Part shown: positions 1 to 11,179 of the stretch, piece after piece
Layout: every line of letters starts with the position of its first letter
Position numbering within the stretch: the first letter of the stretch is position 1
Sequence record: SRR31156797_3690
Reading direction: 5' to 3' (one strand)
DNA length: 64,000 nucleotides
The notes under the pieces: generated by a model
What the model saw: only the letters and a program-made list of their open reading frames with translations
The model's database searches: none
What the model was told of the DNA's origin: nothing
Position numbers and translations under genes: made by a program

Positions 1-204
1 TCTTCATTTTTTTATGATGTTCTATGTTTTACTGCGGTGTGTATTGGCATTTGATTATTATCAAGCATTCTATTATGAAGATAAAAAATGCAGGATGTAC
101 TATGTCTTGCTTTGTTTTTCGTGGGCATAGGTATCACTCGTGTTCTTCTAGGGGTTCTTTCTTTAGTTGTCTCGTTCATCTATCACTTCTAAAAAATCCA
201 TAGC

Positions 205-240
205 AAAAGACAAACCATAGATAGCTAAGGTTTGTCTTTT
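205..240. terminator. Intrinsic terminator downstream of pepO (likely bidirectional)
   Basis: AAAAGACAAACC...GGTTTGTCTTTT inverted repeat with A/T tracts on both sides. Confidence 0.75.
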
Positions 241-253
241 CTTACGTTATTGT

Positions 254-2146
254 TTACCAAATCTGCACACGATCTTCTGGTGCACGATACATAGGGTCAC
301 CAGGTTTGATATCAAAGGTTGTATAAAATTCATCGATATTTTGGACTTGGATATTGGCCCGTAGTTTCGCTGGTCCGTGGACATCGATCGCCAGTAAGAG
401 CTGTTGGTATTGTTCTTTGGCTTTTGTACGCCAAATCTTCGCCCAATTGGTGAAGAAGTCTGTTAAAGAAACATCGCTTTCTTTTTGCGCTGCTTCTAGC
501 GCACAGCTTAGTCCGCCTGCATCGGCGATGTTTTCAGAAACAGTCAATGTTCCGTTGACGGTACCGCCGGCAAAGGGCAGGCCATCAAACTCGTCGATCA
601 TCGCTTGAGCTAAGCGTTCAAAGTGTGCCAAATCTTCTTCTGTCCACCAATTGTTTAAATTACCATATTCATCAAATTTTGCCCCGTTGTTGTCAAAGGC
701 GTGGGAGATCTCATGAGCAATGACCGCGCCGACCCCCCCATAATTTGCGCTGGTGGATTGCTCCAAACTATAAAAGGGCGCTTGTAAGATTGCTGCTGGG
801 AAAACGATCACGTTCTTAAATGGGTGATAGTAGGCATTCACGGTAGCGGCGGACATTTCCCATTCCTTGCGATCCACGGGCTGCTGCCATTTTTTGAAGG
901 TATCTTCTCGGAACAAACGATTGAAATGAAGGGCATTTGCCAACAGACTTTTCTCTTCATCGGTATGCAATTGATCATAAATAGCAGGAACTTGATCAGG
1001 GTACCCGACATGGATGCCTAAACGATTCAATTTGATAATCGCTTTTTGGCGGGTTTCTTCACTTAACCACGTGTTGTTGCGCAAACGATCTTGGTAGACA
1101 GCAATCATTGTTTCCACCATGTGTTTGACGTCTTTTTTCGCCATTTCCCCAAAGTACTTGCGTCCATAATAATCACCGATCACTTGACTAAAATGACCCA
1201 TCGTTAAGTAATAAGCCGCTTTTTGTTGGGGAGCCGCTTCATCGATCCCTGATAAGTAGCGACTGTAGGTTCCGCCTAACTGACGCAATTCTTCACTCAG
1301 ATAGCTAGTATAGCGCAAGCTTTGGTTGACGATCATCCAGCCTTTCAAGAGTTCAAAATGGCTATCAGAAACAATAATGTCAAAGGCTTCAAAGTAAGCG
1401 GGTTCCGTTACGATCAGCTCTTCTGGTGTACCTGGTAAAAGGGCTGTCAAGAGTTGTGTAAAATCGATCTTGCTAGCTTGCTTTGCAAATTCCTCCAAGG
1501 AGCGAGGATTGTAGTTTTTACTATAATCCGCACTTTCTTCCGCACTGCGGACGTGAGGGGCGATCAATTTATCAAATGCGATCGCTTGCTCTACCAACGA
1601 TTCCGCTTCTGCTTGGTCTTTTCCGTAAGCAACTAAAACGTTGACGGCCATCTCAAAGTAGACTTGCAGCATTTCGCCTGCTTGGGGATTTTCTGTGTAA
1701 TAGGTTTTATCCGGCAAAATAGTAGCAGGCGGATAGACCGACAAAGTATTCATTTGCGCATTTTTCATGTCTGCATCGACATCCAGTTGGAAAGGCAAGG
1801 CAATGCCATCTAAAACGAAACTTGCCAGTTGCTGATTCAATTCCTCATAAGAACGCAACGCTTCGATTTTTGCTAATAGTGCATTTACTTCAGTAGCGCC
1901 AGCTGCCTCTCGTTGGGCAAAATCGCTGGCTAAGCGGTAAAAAGCCACAGCATCCTTCATGCGGCCTTTTGGCGTAGCATGGGGATCGTGTGCCATATTT
2001 TCAAATTCTGCGATCATTAAGGAATCGATTCCGTCAACGAGATCTTGGAATCCACCCGTAGCGGGTTTATCTGCTGGAATAACAGCGGTCTCCAGCCACT
2101 CGCCATTTACATAGTCATAAAAATCATCTTTTAACAAGGTTGTCAT
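254..2146 (-). CDS. pepO: M13 family neutral endopeptidase PepO
   Basis: 630 aa; VNAYY, HEISH zinc motif, ENIAD; N-terminal DDFYDYVNGEW. Confidence 0.93.
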   Translation of the reverse strand: MTTLLKDDFYDYVNGEWLETAVIPADKPATGGFQDLVDGIDSLMIAEFENMAHDPHATPKGRMKDAVAFYRLASDFAQREAAGATEVNALLAKIEALRSYEELNQQLASFVLDGIALPFQLDVDADMKNAQMNTLSVYPPATILPDKTYYTENPQAGEMLQVYFEMAVNVLVAYGKDQAEAESLVEQAIAFDKLIAPHVRSAEESADYSKNYNPRSLEEFAKQASKIDFTQLLTALLPGTPEELIVTEPAYFEAFDIIVSDSHFELLKGWMIVNQSLRYTSYLSEELRQLGGTYSRYLSGIDEAAPQQKAAYYLTMGHFSQVIGDYYGRKYFGEMAKKDVKHMVETMIAVYQDRLRNNTWLSEETRQKAIIKLNRLGIHVGYPDQVPAIYDQLHTDEEKSLLANALHFNRLFREDTFKKWQQPVDRKEWEMSAATVNAYYHPFKNVIVFPAAILQAPFYSLEQSTSANYGGVGAVIAHEISHAFDNNGAKFDEYGNLNNWWTEEDLAHFERLAQAMIDEFDGLPFAGGTVNGTLTVSENIADAGGLSCALEAAQKESDVSLTDFFTNWAKIWRTKAKEQYQQLLLAIDVHGPAKLRANIQVQNIDEFYTTFDIKPGDPMYRAPEDRVQIW

Positions 2147-2277
2147 GTCTTTCGCTCCTCTCGCTTTCTACTATTATGAAACAAAATCTGTAAGGACGCA
2201 AAGAAAAGTTTTCTAGACGAAAAAGGGTTTTGATCCAAGTAGGAGGAGAATCTAAGGTATAATAAGAAAAAAGGCAG

Positions 2278-2826
2278 GTGAACGAGATGGAACAAGTAGA
2301 GTGGAAAGGGATCGCCGAAGAGCGGTTTCGTCCGTATAAGCAGTGGGTCACTCCTTCAGGGTATTTATGCGGCACCTATGCGGCAGCCGTCTTTTTGGCC
2401 TACTATCAAGATTACATCGATGAAACGATCATCCCGAAAGCGTTTCGCCGAAAAAAACAGCGGGATCTGACAGTAGTGACGGAAATGCTGCGTGTGCTGA
2501 TTCAGCCTCATGGGTTGCCGACGATCGCTTGGCAAGTCAGTCATGGTTTGACTCGGTTTTTCGATCAATTCCAATTGCCTTACCGCGGACGTGCGACCGT
2601 TGTTGGCGGTTGGCATCGAGCGTGCAAACGAATCGACGAAGGCAAACCGGTGATCATCGGTATTTTGAAGCCTTTAGGCAGCACATATGGCAATCATTGG
2701 GTCGTGGCTTACGCCTACGCTGAAACCGCCAGCGGAGAACGCTATTTTAAAGTTCATGACAACTGGGGCAACTACAAAAAAGTAATTCCCGCCAGTTGGG
2801 TAAACGGTACCGTCACACTTCCTTGA
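2278..2826 (+). CDS. Hypothetical protein with papain-like (C39-like) peptidase motifs
   Basis: 182 aa; CGTYAAA, NHWVVAY and HDNWG in the order of a Cys-His-Asp/Asn triad. Confidence 0.55.
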   Translation: MNEMEQVEWKGIAEERFRPYKQWVTPSGYLCGTYAAAVFLAYYQDYIDETIIPKAFRRKKQRDLTVVTEMLRVLIQPHGLPTIAWQVSHGLTRFFDQFQLPYRGRATVVGGWHRACKRIDEGKPVIIGILKPLGSTYGNHWVVAYAYAETASGERYFKVHDNWGNYKKVIPASWVNGTVTLP

Positions 2827-2897
2827 ACGAGACGGTTAAAAAAACAGTCACTTTGTGCTAGAATAGAAGAAAACAACCACATTCATTGGAGGCAATC

Positions 2898-3863
2898 ATG
2901 GGCGAAAGTTATAAAGATAGTTCGTTGAAAATTTTTAGTTTAAATGGAAATTTACCATTAGCAGAAAACATTGCGAAAGTTTTCGGTACAGAACTAGGGA
3001 AGTCAAAAGTGACACAGTTTAGTGATGGAGAGATTGCCATCAATATTGAAGAAAGTGTGCGGGGCGACCATATTTATATCATTCAATCGACGAATGAACC
3101 CGTCAATGATCATTATTTAGAGTTGCTGATCATGATCGATGCGATGAAACGGGCTAGTGCGAAGACCATCAATGTCGTTTTGCCTTATTACGCATATGCG
3201 CGGCAAGACCGAACCGCCAACCCGCATGAGCCGATTACTGCAAAATTGATTGCCAATATGCTGGTGGAAGCAGGGGCTTCTCGGATCTTGACGCTTGATC
3301 TGCATGCCGTCCAAGTTCAAGGATTTTTCGACATCCCAGTGGATAATCTCTTTACGATCCCATTGTTTGCCCATTATTATCGCGAACAAAAAATGACTGG
3401 TGACGACTATGTCGTTGTTTCACCAAAAAACAGCGGTGTCCAACGGACCCGTAGTTTGGCAGAATACTTAGATACAGCGATCGCGATCGTCGATCAAGAT
3501 GAAGCCGATGGCGGCTATGTGATTGGTGATGTCGTTGGGAAAAAATGTATTTTAGTTGATGACATTTTAAATACCGGCCATACATTGGCAAAAGCGGCAG
3601 ACTTGTTGAAGGAAGCTGGTGCCAGCGAAGTGTATGCTTGTGTGTCTCACGCCTTACTTTCGCCGCCAGCTAAAGAAATTTTGGATCAATCAGCGATTGA
3701 AAGGATTTGTGTCACCGATTCTTGTTGGACCAGCGAAGAACGCCATCCAGAAAAACTGCACTACATTTCTTGTGCTGAATTGATGGGGGAAGCCGTTCGC
3801 CGCATTCACGAAAATACACCAATGAGTCCATTGTTCCGCCTGGAAAGCAAAGAGTATAAATAA
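2898..3863 (+). CDS. prs: Ribose-phosphate pyrophosphokinase paralog (PrsB-like, degenerate active site)
   Basis: FSDGE, ESVRG, YARQDR, DLHA motifs; ATG 2898 follows GGAGG. Confidence 0.88.
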   Translation: MGESYKDSSLKIFSLNGNLPLAENIAKVFGTELGKSKVTQFSDGEIAINIEESVRGDHIYIIQSTNEPVNDHYLELLIMIDAMKRASAKTINVVLPYYAYARQDRTANPHEPITAKLIANMLVEAGASRILTLDLHAVQVQGFFDIPVDNLFTIPLFAHYYREQKMTGDDYVVVSPKNSGVQRTRSLAEYLDTAIAIVDQDEADGGYVIGDVVGKKCILVDDILNTGHTLAKAADLLKEAGASEVYACVSHALLSPPAKEILDQSAIERICVTDSCWTSEERHPEKLHYISCAELMGEAVRRIHENTPMSPLFRLESKEYK

Positions 3864-3870
3864 AAATATG

Positions 3871-3908
3871 AAAAGCACCCGCTATCCCTAGGGACAGCGG
3901 GTGCTTTT
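3871..3908. terminator. Bidirectional intrinsic terminator between prs and malR
   Basis: AAAAGCACCCGCT...AGCGGGTGCTTTT between convergent genes. Confidence 0.85.
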
Positions 3909-3940
3909 GCGTGTGGGGGAAGTGGACCAGACACAGCGGA

Positions 3941-4960
3941 TCAGTTCAACTGGTTGCGGTTCAAGACTGTTTCTCGTTTGATCAGCTTATGTGGTACGAC
4001 CAGCTGTACGCCGTTTGAATCTTCATGATTCAATTGCGCCATCAGCCGTTCGGTAGCGATTTTTCCTAAGGACAACACGTTGATATCGATACTAGTCAAA
4101 TACGGATGTGTCAAAGTAGCAAAGATCGAATTGTTGAAACTGATGATGGATAAATCGTCGGGGACTTTGTAGCCATACATCGTCGCTAATTGAATGATCC
4201 GCACAGCGAACAGATCATCGATCACGACGATGGCCGTTGCTTGGGATTCTTTGATCGTTTCTTCAAACGTGACGTAATCTTCCGCTTTTTCAAAGGTCAA
4301 TGCTGGATAAAAGGGGAGATTTGCCAGCATCATGGCTTTTTGGTAGCCGAAGAAACGCTCGAAATACAGATTTTCATGGGTCGTATTAGTAGCAAATAAA
4401 ATCTTCGTATGCCCTTGGGCGATCAGATGCTCGGTTGCTTGCTTGCCTAACAACTGGTTGTCATTATCGACAAAAACGATTTTGTCTTCATTGCTGTATG
4501 GTTGACCAATCAAGGTAAAGGGGACTTCTTTTTCGACCAGATAATCGATGATGGGGTCTTTTTCATCGGAATAGACCAAGATAAAGCCATCTACTTGTTT
4601 TTGCAGGTGCATTCGTTCCACGTTTTTTAGTAATGTAGCAAAGTCACGGGCGGAGGCAACGGCAACCGTCATTTGATGATGGCGGGCCTCTTCATTGATG
4701 GCTTCGATCGTTTCTAAATAAAAGGGGTTTCCTAGTCGTTCTTTCGAATCAAGGGGCGGCAAGATCACGCCGATGGCACTAGATATCTGTTTGCCGAGAT
4801 TTCGAGCCGCAAGATTGGGGACGTAGCCCATTTCTGCCATTACTTTGCGCACTTTCTTCTTAGTATCTTCAGAGATACTGGGATGATCGTTTACGACACG
4901 AGAAACCGTGGATGTAGCGACGCCAGCCTTTTTGGCGACATCTTTGACCGTAATGCTCAC
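3941..4960 (-). CDS. malR: LacI-family maltose regulator MalR
   Basis: N-terminal TVKDVAKKAGVATSTVSRV HTH plus sugar-binding domain; next to the maltose genes. Confidence 0.85.
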   Translation of the reverse strand: MSITVKDVAKKAGVATSTVSRVVNDHPSISEDTKKKVRKVMAEMGYVPNLAARNLGKQISSAIGVILPPLDSKERLGNPFYLETIEAINEEARHHQMTVAVASARDFATLLKNVERMHLQKQVDGFILVYSDEKDPIIDYLVEKEVPFTLIGQPYSNEDKIVFVDNDNQLLGKQATEHLIAQGHTKILFATNTTHENLYFERFFGYQKAMMLANLPFYPALTFEKAEDYVTFEETIKESQATAIVVIDDLFAVRIIQLATMYGYKVPDDLSIISFNNSIFATLTHPYLTSIDINVLSLGKIATERLMAQLNHEDSNGVQLVVPHKLIKRETVLNRNQLN

Positions 4961-5067
4961 TGATTTCCCTCCTTTTTTAGCTTATAGTATCACAAAGTGT
5001 CGGCACAAGGGTAGAGCCAATCAAAAGAAAGAAGAAATGCAGACATTTCTTCTTTCAGAAGGCTTGT

Positions 5068-7332
5068 TTAGCTAATCGCTGTACTGATTTCGTCTTCTAA
5101 AACATAGTCTTTGCCATACACCTTGATTGGCAATGCCTCACCGCTGATTTTTTTCAAAGTCACCGTCGACTCATTGACGGAAACAAAGAGCAGACGTCCA
5201 CGATAGTTGATGTGGAAGGCATAGCGGCTCCACGTTTTAGGTAAGAATGGCGCAAACCCTAAGTGGTCGTGATCGGTTTTCATTTGAGCAAAGCCTTGAA
5301 CGATCGCTAACCAGCTGCCGGTCATAGAAGTGATGTGCAAGCCATCATCGGTATCATTGTTGTAATTGTCCAAATCAAGACGAGCAGTCCGCTCATACAT
5401 TTCCAACGCTTTTTCTTCCATGCCTAATTCCGCTGCTAAAATCGCATGGATACTTGGAGAAAGGGAAGATTCATGCACTGTCATCGGCTCATAGAAATCA
5501 AAGTTCCGTTGTTTTTCTTCTTTGCTGAATTGATCGCCGAAGAAGTAGATCCCTTGCAAAACATCGGCTTGCTTGATAAAGCAAGAGCGCAAGATATGAT
5601 CCCACGACCAATTTTGGTTCAACGGCAAATGTTTTGGATCAAGATCGGAAACGGGCATCAAGTCTTTGTCTAAGAAGGTATCATGCTGGACGAAGACTCC
5701 AAGCTCTTGGTCTTCTGGGAAGTACATATTGTCGATGATGTCTTGCCATTTGGCTTGCTCTTCGTCAGAGATCGTGACAGTCGCTTCGTCTTTGAAGGCT
5801 TCATAGCTGGCTAAGGTATAAGCTAAGACCCAAGTAGCCATTTTATTGGTGTACCAGTTGTTATTGATATTGTTTTCGTATTCGTTTGGTCCAGTGACGC
5901 CATGGATCATGTATTTTTGCTGACGTTTTGAATAGTGGACACGATCTGCCCAGAAACGTGAAATCGCGCTTAACACTTCTAATCCTTCTTTTTTCAGGTA
6001 ACTTGTATCGCCAGTATAATTCGTATAGTTGTAGATGGCATAAGCGATGGCACCGTTTCGGTGGATTTCTTCGAAAGTGATCTCCCACTCATTGTGGCAT
6101 TCGATCCCAGTGAAGGTCACCATTGGGTAAAGGGCACCTGCTAATCCTTGTTTTTGCGCATTGATATGGGCTTGCGGCAATTGGTTGTGACGGTATTTCA
6201 ACAAGTTGCGGGTCACTTCTGGTTTTGCTAATGCCAAATACAATGGGACTGCATAGGCTTCGGTATCCCAGTAAGTCGCACCGCCATATTTTTCACCAGT
6301 AAAGCCTTTCGGTCCGATGTTCAAGCGCTCGTCTTCGCCATAATAGGTTGAAAACAATTGGAACAGGTTGAAACGAATCCCTTGTTGCGCCGCAGCATCG
6401 CCTTCAATGATCACATCGGCTAAATCCCAGCGGGCTTTCCAAGCAGCGACTTGTTCTGCACGCAACGCATCATAATCTGCTTTGTATAAAGTGCCTAATT
6501 CGGTGACTTTTGCTGGATGATCATGAGCGGGAACATCACGACTCGTAACGATCAAGACTTCTTTGATCAATGAGAAGGTGTCACCGGCTGCCCCAGAAAA
6601 GGCAAAGGTATCAGCGACGCAAAGTTCGCTTTTCACGGAATCAATCGGTGTTTGGCTATGACGCATAGCAGAAGTGACAGTAAAGCGTTCAATGTCAAAA
6701 TTATTTTCTACGGTCCGAGTCGTCAAGTAATGGAAGGTTTCGGTTTGGCCATGAGCCAATTCTTCCCAGAAACGTTCGTCGTAGTTGCTGTCTTCGTTAT
6801 GGACGTTATTATCTAGTTTAGAAACGACTTTGATCTCAGCGTCGCCTTCAATGATCTCAGCGTCCATCTTAATGAGGGCAAGTTCACGTTTTACGATGCT
6901 CAAGAAGCGTTCAAAAGAGAATTTTACGGTGGCGCCTGCCAAAGTGACGGTAAAGTTGCGGCGTAAAATTCCGGTTTCCATGTCTAGTTCTAAACGGAAA
7001 TCACTTGGGCTGATTTTTGCTAAGTCGACTAACTGGTCGTTGACAAATAGGTCCATCGCAATAAAGTTGACCGCGTTGATCACTTTGCCAAAATACTCAG
7101 GATAGCCGTTTTTCCACCAGCCAACACGGGTTTTGTCTGGGTACCAGACACCTGCGATATAAGTACCTAAGTGATGGTCGCCGCTGTATTGTTCTTCGAA
7201 GTTGCCGCGCATTCCCATGTAGCCATTCCCGATGCTTGTTAGCGACTCTTGCAGTCGACGATTTTCTTTATCTAAGGTAGATGTCGCGATTTTCCATGGA
7301 TCGATCTCGAACAATCGTTGGATTTTTTTCAT
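5068..7332 (-). CDS. malP: Maltose phosphorylase (GH65)
   Basis: 754 aa; [34 protein letters not shown] motifs. Confidence 0.92.
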   Translation of the reverse strand: MKKIQRLFEIDPWKIATSTLDKENRRLQESLTSIGNGYMGMRGNFEEQYSGDHHLGTYIAGVWYPDKTRVGWWKNGYPEYFGKVINAVNFIAMDLFVNDQLVDLAKISPSDFRLELDMETGILRRNFTVTLAGATVKFSFERFLSIVKRELALIKMDAEIIEGDAEIKVVSKLDNNVHNEDSNYDERFWEELAHGQTETFHYLTTRTVENNFDIERFTVTSAMRHSQTPIDSVKSELCVADTFAFSGAAGDTFSLIKEVLIVTSRDVPAHDHPAKVTELGTLYKADYDALRAEQVAAWKARWDLADVIIEGDAAAQQGIRFNLFQLFSTYYGEDERLNIGPKGFTGEKYGGATYWDTEAYAVPLYLALAKPEVTRNLLKYRHNQLPQAHINAQKQGLAGALYPMVTFTGIECHNEWEITFEEIHRNGAIAYAIYNYTNYTGDTSYLKKEGLEVLSAISRFWADRVHYSKRQQKYMIHGVTGPNEYENNINNNWYTNKMATWVLAYTLASYEAFKDEATVTISDEEQAKWQDIIDNMYFPEDQELGVFVQHDTFLDKDLMPVSDLDPKHLPLNQNWSWDHILRSCFIKQADVLQGIYFFGDQFSKEEKQRNFDFYEPMTVHESSLSPSIHAILAAELGMEEKALEMYERTARLDLDNYNNDTDDGLHITSMTGSWLAIVQGFAQMKTDHDHLGFAPFLPKTWSRYAFHINYRGRLLFVSVNESTVTLKKISGEALPIKVYGKDYVLEDEISTAIS

Positions 7333-7364
7333 GAAAGTCCCTCCAGAATCTTTTTGATATCTCT

Positions 7365-7393
7365 ATCATAAGCGCAAACGATTGCATCGTCAA
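7365..7393 (-). promoter_or_regulatory. malP promoter with LacI-type (MalR/cre-like) operator in the spacer
   Basis: Minus strand TTGACG-17 bp-TATGAT; pseudo-palindrome GCAAACGATTGC at 7374-7385. Confidence 0.65.
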
Positions 7394-7501
7394 GTGAAAG
7401 TTGTTGCGTTTAAAGAATTTCCTATTAGGAAACATCGAGAAAGAGAGATTCAGTTATATAAAGGTGAAAAAGCGAATAGAATCCCTTTTGATATTTCTGG
7501 G

Positions 7502-7566
7502 TTTACAAAATCTTTTTTCTCCGTTAGAATGAAATTATTAAGAAACCGATTGCGTAAATCGATTCA
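7502..7566 (+). promoter_or_regulatory. malT promoter followed by tandem LacI/cre-like operators
   Basis: TTTACA(7502)-17 bp-TAGAAT(7525), then AGAAACCGATTGCG and CGTAAATCGATTCA. Confidence 0.6.
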
Positions 7567-7583
7567 GGGAAGGAAGAAGGAAG

Positions 7584-9758
7584 ATGAAAAAATTATTGAG
7601 CTTCGAATTTTGGCAAAAATTCGGAAAAGCGCTAATGGTGGTTGTCGCTGTTATGCCAGCCGCTGGTTTGATGATCAGTATTGGGAAAACGATCCCAATG
7701 ATTAATGCCGACTGGGCATTCTTGATCACCACAGGAGGCGTCATTGAAAACATTGGTTGGGCAATTATTGGTAACCTGCATTTATTATTTGCATTAGCTA
7801 TTGGTGGTAGTTGGGCTAAAGAGCGAGCTGGTGGGGCATTTGCTGCCGGGATCGCCTTTATTTTGATCAACCGGATCACTGGTTCGATCTTTGGCGTGAC
7901 GAGCGCGATGTTAACCGAAGAAGGCGCCTTTACCCATACGTTGTTTGGGACAAAGATCATGATCGACGGTTTCTTTACTAGTGTATTAGAAGCACCTGCT
8001 TTGAACATGGGTGTCTTTGTCGGAATCATCGCCGGTTTTGTGGGGGCAACAGCTTACAACAAATACTATAATTTCCGCAAATTACCGGATGCGCTTTCCT
8101 TCTTTAACGGCAAACGCTTCGTCCCTTTCGTGGTGATTGCCCGTTCAGTAGTCGTCGCATTAGTATTATCGATCGTTTGGCCTTACATTCAAGCCGGCAT
8201 CAACAACTTCGGTTTATGGATCGCGCAATCACAAGAAAGTGCGCCCGTTTTAGCACCGTTCTTGTTTGGAACCTTGGAGCGGCTGCTCTTACCATTCGGG
8301 CTGCATCATATGTTGACAATCCCGATCAATTACACCGAATTAGGTGGAACCTACACAATTCTTTCTGGGGCACAAGCCGGCACCCAAGTCTTTGGACAAG
8401 ACCCATTATGGCTTGCCTGGGCAACAGATCTAGTGAATATGCGCAATGCTGGCGATACGTCACAATATCAATTTTTATTGGAAAACTTTGTTCCTGCCCG
8501 CTTTAAAGTTGGACAAATGATTGGTTCATCTGGGATCTTGATGGGCTTGTCTTATGCCATGTACCGCAATGTCGATGCGGACAAACGGCACAAATATACC
8601 TCTATGTATTTATCAGCTGCCATCGCTGTCTTCTTGACAGGGGTAACAGAACCGTTGGAGTTCATGTTTATGTTTGCTGCCGTACCGCTTTACATCGTTT
8701 ATGCAGTCGTACAAGGGGCGGCATTTGCGATGGCGGATATCGTCAACTTACGGGTCCATTCTTTTGGGAATATCGAGTTGTTGACCCGTACCCCAATGGC
8801 GATCAATGCCGGCTTAGGACAAGATTTGATCAACTTTGTGTTAGTGACCATCGTCTTTGGTGTCGGGATGTATTTCTTGGCAAACTTCTTGATCAAAAAA
8901 TTCAACTTTGCAACACCAGGTAGAAACGGCAACTATGAAACAGAAGGGGCCAGCGATGCGCCAGCAACTGCTTCGGCGGATGGCAACTTGAACCCAGATT
9001 CGCAAGTCGTGAAAATCATTCATTTATTAGGGGGACGTGAAAATATCTCCGACGTTGATGCATGTATGACCCGTTTACGAGTTTCTGTGAAAAATCGGGA
9101 AGCGGTCGGCGATGAAAAAGCGTGGAAAGCCGCAGGGGCTTTAGGCTTGATCGTAAAAGACAACGGTGTGCAAGCAGTCTATGGACCGAAAGCAGATGTC
9201 TTAAAATCAGACATTCAAGATATCTTAGATTCTGGTGTCACGATTCCCGAACCGACTGCTAGTCAAGCACCAGCTGAAACCACTACCCATCAAAGCCAAG
9301 GCGTGACAGCTGAACTAGCTGCCGTTGCCACTGGAGAAGTGATGCCGATCACCTCTGTCAAAGACCAAGTGTTTGCGGAAAAAATGATGGGTGACGGTTA
9401 TGGCGTGCGTCCAGAGCAGACGACAGTTGTCGCACCAATCAGCGGGAAAGTCACCAACATCTTCCCAACGAAACATGCGATCGGCTTGCTTTCTGATGAA
9501 GGCATCGAAGTATTGGTTCACATGGGCTTAGATACCGTTGACTTAAACGGTGCACCCTTTACGGTAGCTGTCACTGAAGGACAACCAGTGGCGGTCGGTG
9601 ACAAGTTAGCGGAGATGGATCTCGCTGCAGTAAGTGCTGCTGGCAAAGACACCACCATCGTTGTAGTGTTGACCAACAGCGATCAAATCGATTCCTTTGA
9701 ATTGACCCAAATCGGCAAGCAACAAGCAGCCGCAGTTGTTGGAATCGTAAAACTATAA
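7584..9758 (+). CDS. malT: PTS maltose transporter EIICBA
   Basis: 724 aa; EIIC GKRFVP/GLHH/GVTEP, EIIB DACMTRLR, EIIA TKHAIG/VLVHMG. Confidence 0.9.
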   Translation: MKKLLSFEFWQKFGKALMVVVAVMPAAGLMISIGKTIPMINADWAFLITTGGVIENIGWAIIGNLHLLFALAIGGSWAKERAGGAFAAGIAFILINRITGSIFGVTSAMLTEEGAFTHTLFGTKIMIDGFFTSVLEAPALNMGVFVGIIAGFVGATAYNKYYNFRKLPDALSFFNGKRFVPFVVIARSVVVALVLSIVWPYIQAGINNFGLWIAQSQESAPVLAPFLFGTLERLLLPFGLHHMLTIPINYTELGGTYTILSGAQAGTQVFGQDPLWLAWATDLVNMRNAGDTSQYQFLLENFVPARFKVGQMIGSSGILMGLSYAMYRNVDADKRHKYTSMYLSAAIAVFLTGVTEPLEFMFMFAAVPLYIVYAVVQGAAFAMADIVNLRVHSFGNIELLTRTPMAINAGLGQDLINFVLVTIVFGVGMYFLANFLIKKFNFATPGRNGNYETEGASDAPATASADGNLNPDSQVVKIIHLLGGRENISDVDACMTRLRVSVKNREAVGDEKAWKAAGALGLIVKDNGVQAVYGPKADVLKSDIQDILDSGVTIPEPTASQAPAETTTHQSQGVTAELAAVATGEVMPITSVKDQVFAEKMMGDGYGVRPEQTTVVAPISGKVTNIFPTKHAIGLLSDEGIEVLVHMGLDTVDLNGAPFTVAVTEGQPVAVGDKLAEMDLAAVSAAGKDTTIVVVLTNSDQIDSFELTQIGKQQAAAVVGIVKL

Positions 9759-9851
9759 TAAAATGACAAGCGGGTCGACTCTTTTGTTGACCCGCTCTCT
9801 TTTATTTTTAAAAGGAATCGTACAAGCAAACCGAGAGAAGGAGCCTTATTC

Positions 9852-10682
9852 ATGAAGGTATTAACATTGAACACCCATAGCTGGTTAGAAGAAAATCAGC
9901 TAGAAAAATGCAAAATGATCGCACAAGAGATTGCAACAGGCAACTATGACATCATCGCCTTGCAAGAAGTCAACCAAACGATCGCTGCTCAAACCATCGT
10001 TCCTGATGGGCTTTATTGCCCGACAGATACGCTGGTGGAAATCAAGGAGGACAATTTTGCTTTACGCCTAGTGGAAGAACTGCAACTGTTAGACTGTGAC
10101 TACTATTGGTCATGGACCTACAGTCACGTAGGCTATGACATTTACCACGAAGGCAATGCCTTATTGTCCAAACAGCCCATCATTGCCAAAGAATATCTTG
10201 CTTCACAAGCCACGGATGTCTGGGATCATACCACGCGCAAAAACCTGAGCGGCGTGACTGAAGCCGATGGGCAGATCGTACAAGTCGTTAGCTGTCACTT
10301 TTCTTGGTGGCAAGACGGTAAATTTGCCTACGAGTGGCAACAGACAGAAGCATTTTTAGCAGAACGGGCAGATACCTTATTGATTCTAGGAGATTTCAAC
10401 AACGATGCCGCCAGTTCTGGTCATCAACTGGTCCTTGACAGCTCCTTACAGCTGCAAGACAGCTTTTTAACGGCTACCGAAACGATTGGTGAAGCCTCTG
10501 TCGTTAAAGCCATTGATGGTTGGCAAGACAATCGAGAAGCATTGCGGATCGATTATGTTTTTGCATCTAATGACCTGCAAGCAACGGAATATGAAGTCGT
10601 TTTTGACGGAACGCGTACTCCAATCGTCAGCGATCACTTTGGAATCAAAGTGGTTTTTGCTTCAAAAACAGATCCAAACTAA
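9852..10682 (+). CDS. mapP: Maltose-6'-phosphate phosphatase (endonuclease/exonuclease/phosphatase fold)
   Basis: LTLNTH, LQEV, GDFN, IDY, SDH motifs; directly after malT as in E. faecalis. Confidence 0.85.
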   Translation: MKVLTLNTHSWLEENQLEKCKMIAQEIATGNYDIIALQEVNQTIAAQTIVPDGLYCPTDTLVEIKEDNFALRLVEELQLLDCDYYWSWTYSHVGYDIYHEGNALLSKQPIIAKEYLASQATDVWDHTTRKNLSGVTEADGQIVQVVSCHFSWWQDGKFAYEWQQTEAFLAERADTLLILGDFNNDAASSGHQLVLDSSLQLQDSFLTATETIGEASVVKAIDGWQDNREALRIDYVFASNDLQATEYEVVFDGTRTPIVSDHFGIKVVFASKTDPN

Positions 10683-10738
10683 CATGAGCTACAGCAAAAA
10701 AGCAGCGCCAACCGGCACTGCTTTTCTTTTTGGGGAAG

Positions 10739-11179
10739 TTAAATCGCTGATCGAACAAGGAGGAAAAAGAATAAACTCAATAAAAGAATGAATGCTAATG
10801 CCCCATAGGTAAAACTCTTTTCGCCCCAGGTTGCGTTTTCCTCCTGACTCGAAAGACTTCTTCTTGTAAAAAAGACGAGTCCTGCGCCGATGACATTCGC
10901 TGTCAGTAACTGTTGAAAGAAGATCAGGAATAAATACTGACCCAAAAGGCCTTTTTTACTCATGGAAAACCGTTGAATAAAGTACAGGCAAGCCCCTTGC
11001 AGCAAAAGGAGACTACTTAACAAGACCCCTAAAGCGGCTAACGGTTGCGAGTTGAGGTACTGGGCAAAGGTCATCCCATGGTTGAAGGCAGTCAAGGAAA
11101 GATAAAGATAGTAAGCACCGGCGATCAAAAGCCAATAACTCAGTAAAATCAATGGAAACGCCCATTTTCGTTTAGTCAT
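10739..11179 (-). CDS. Hypothetical integral membrane protein
   Basis: 146 aa with about 4 hydrophobic segments; overlaps the RpiR gene stop. Confidence 0.7.
   Translation of the reverse strand: MTKRKWAFPLILLSYWLLIAGAYYLYLSLTAFNHGMTFAQYLNSQPLAALGVLLSSLLLLQGACLYFIQRFSMSKKGLLGQYLFLIFFQQLLTANVIGAGLVFFTRRSLSSQEENATWGEKSFTYGALAFILLLSLFFFLLVRSAI

Noticed and set aside
1-191. 3' end of a hydrophobic ORF or pseudogene at the window edge
   Set aside because: Only short hydrophobic frames broken by stops; cannot be assigned without upstream sequence
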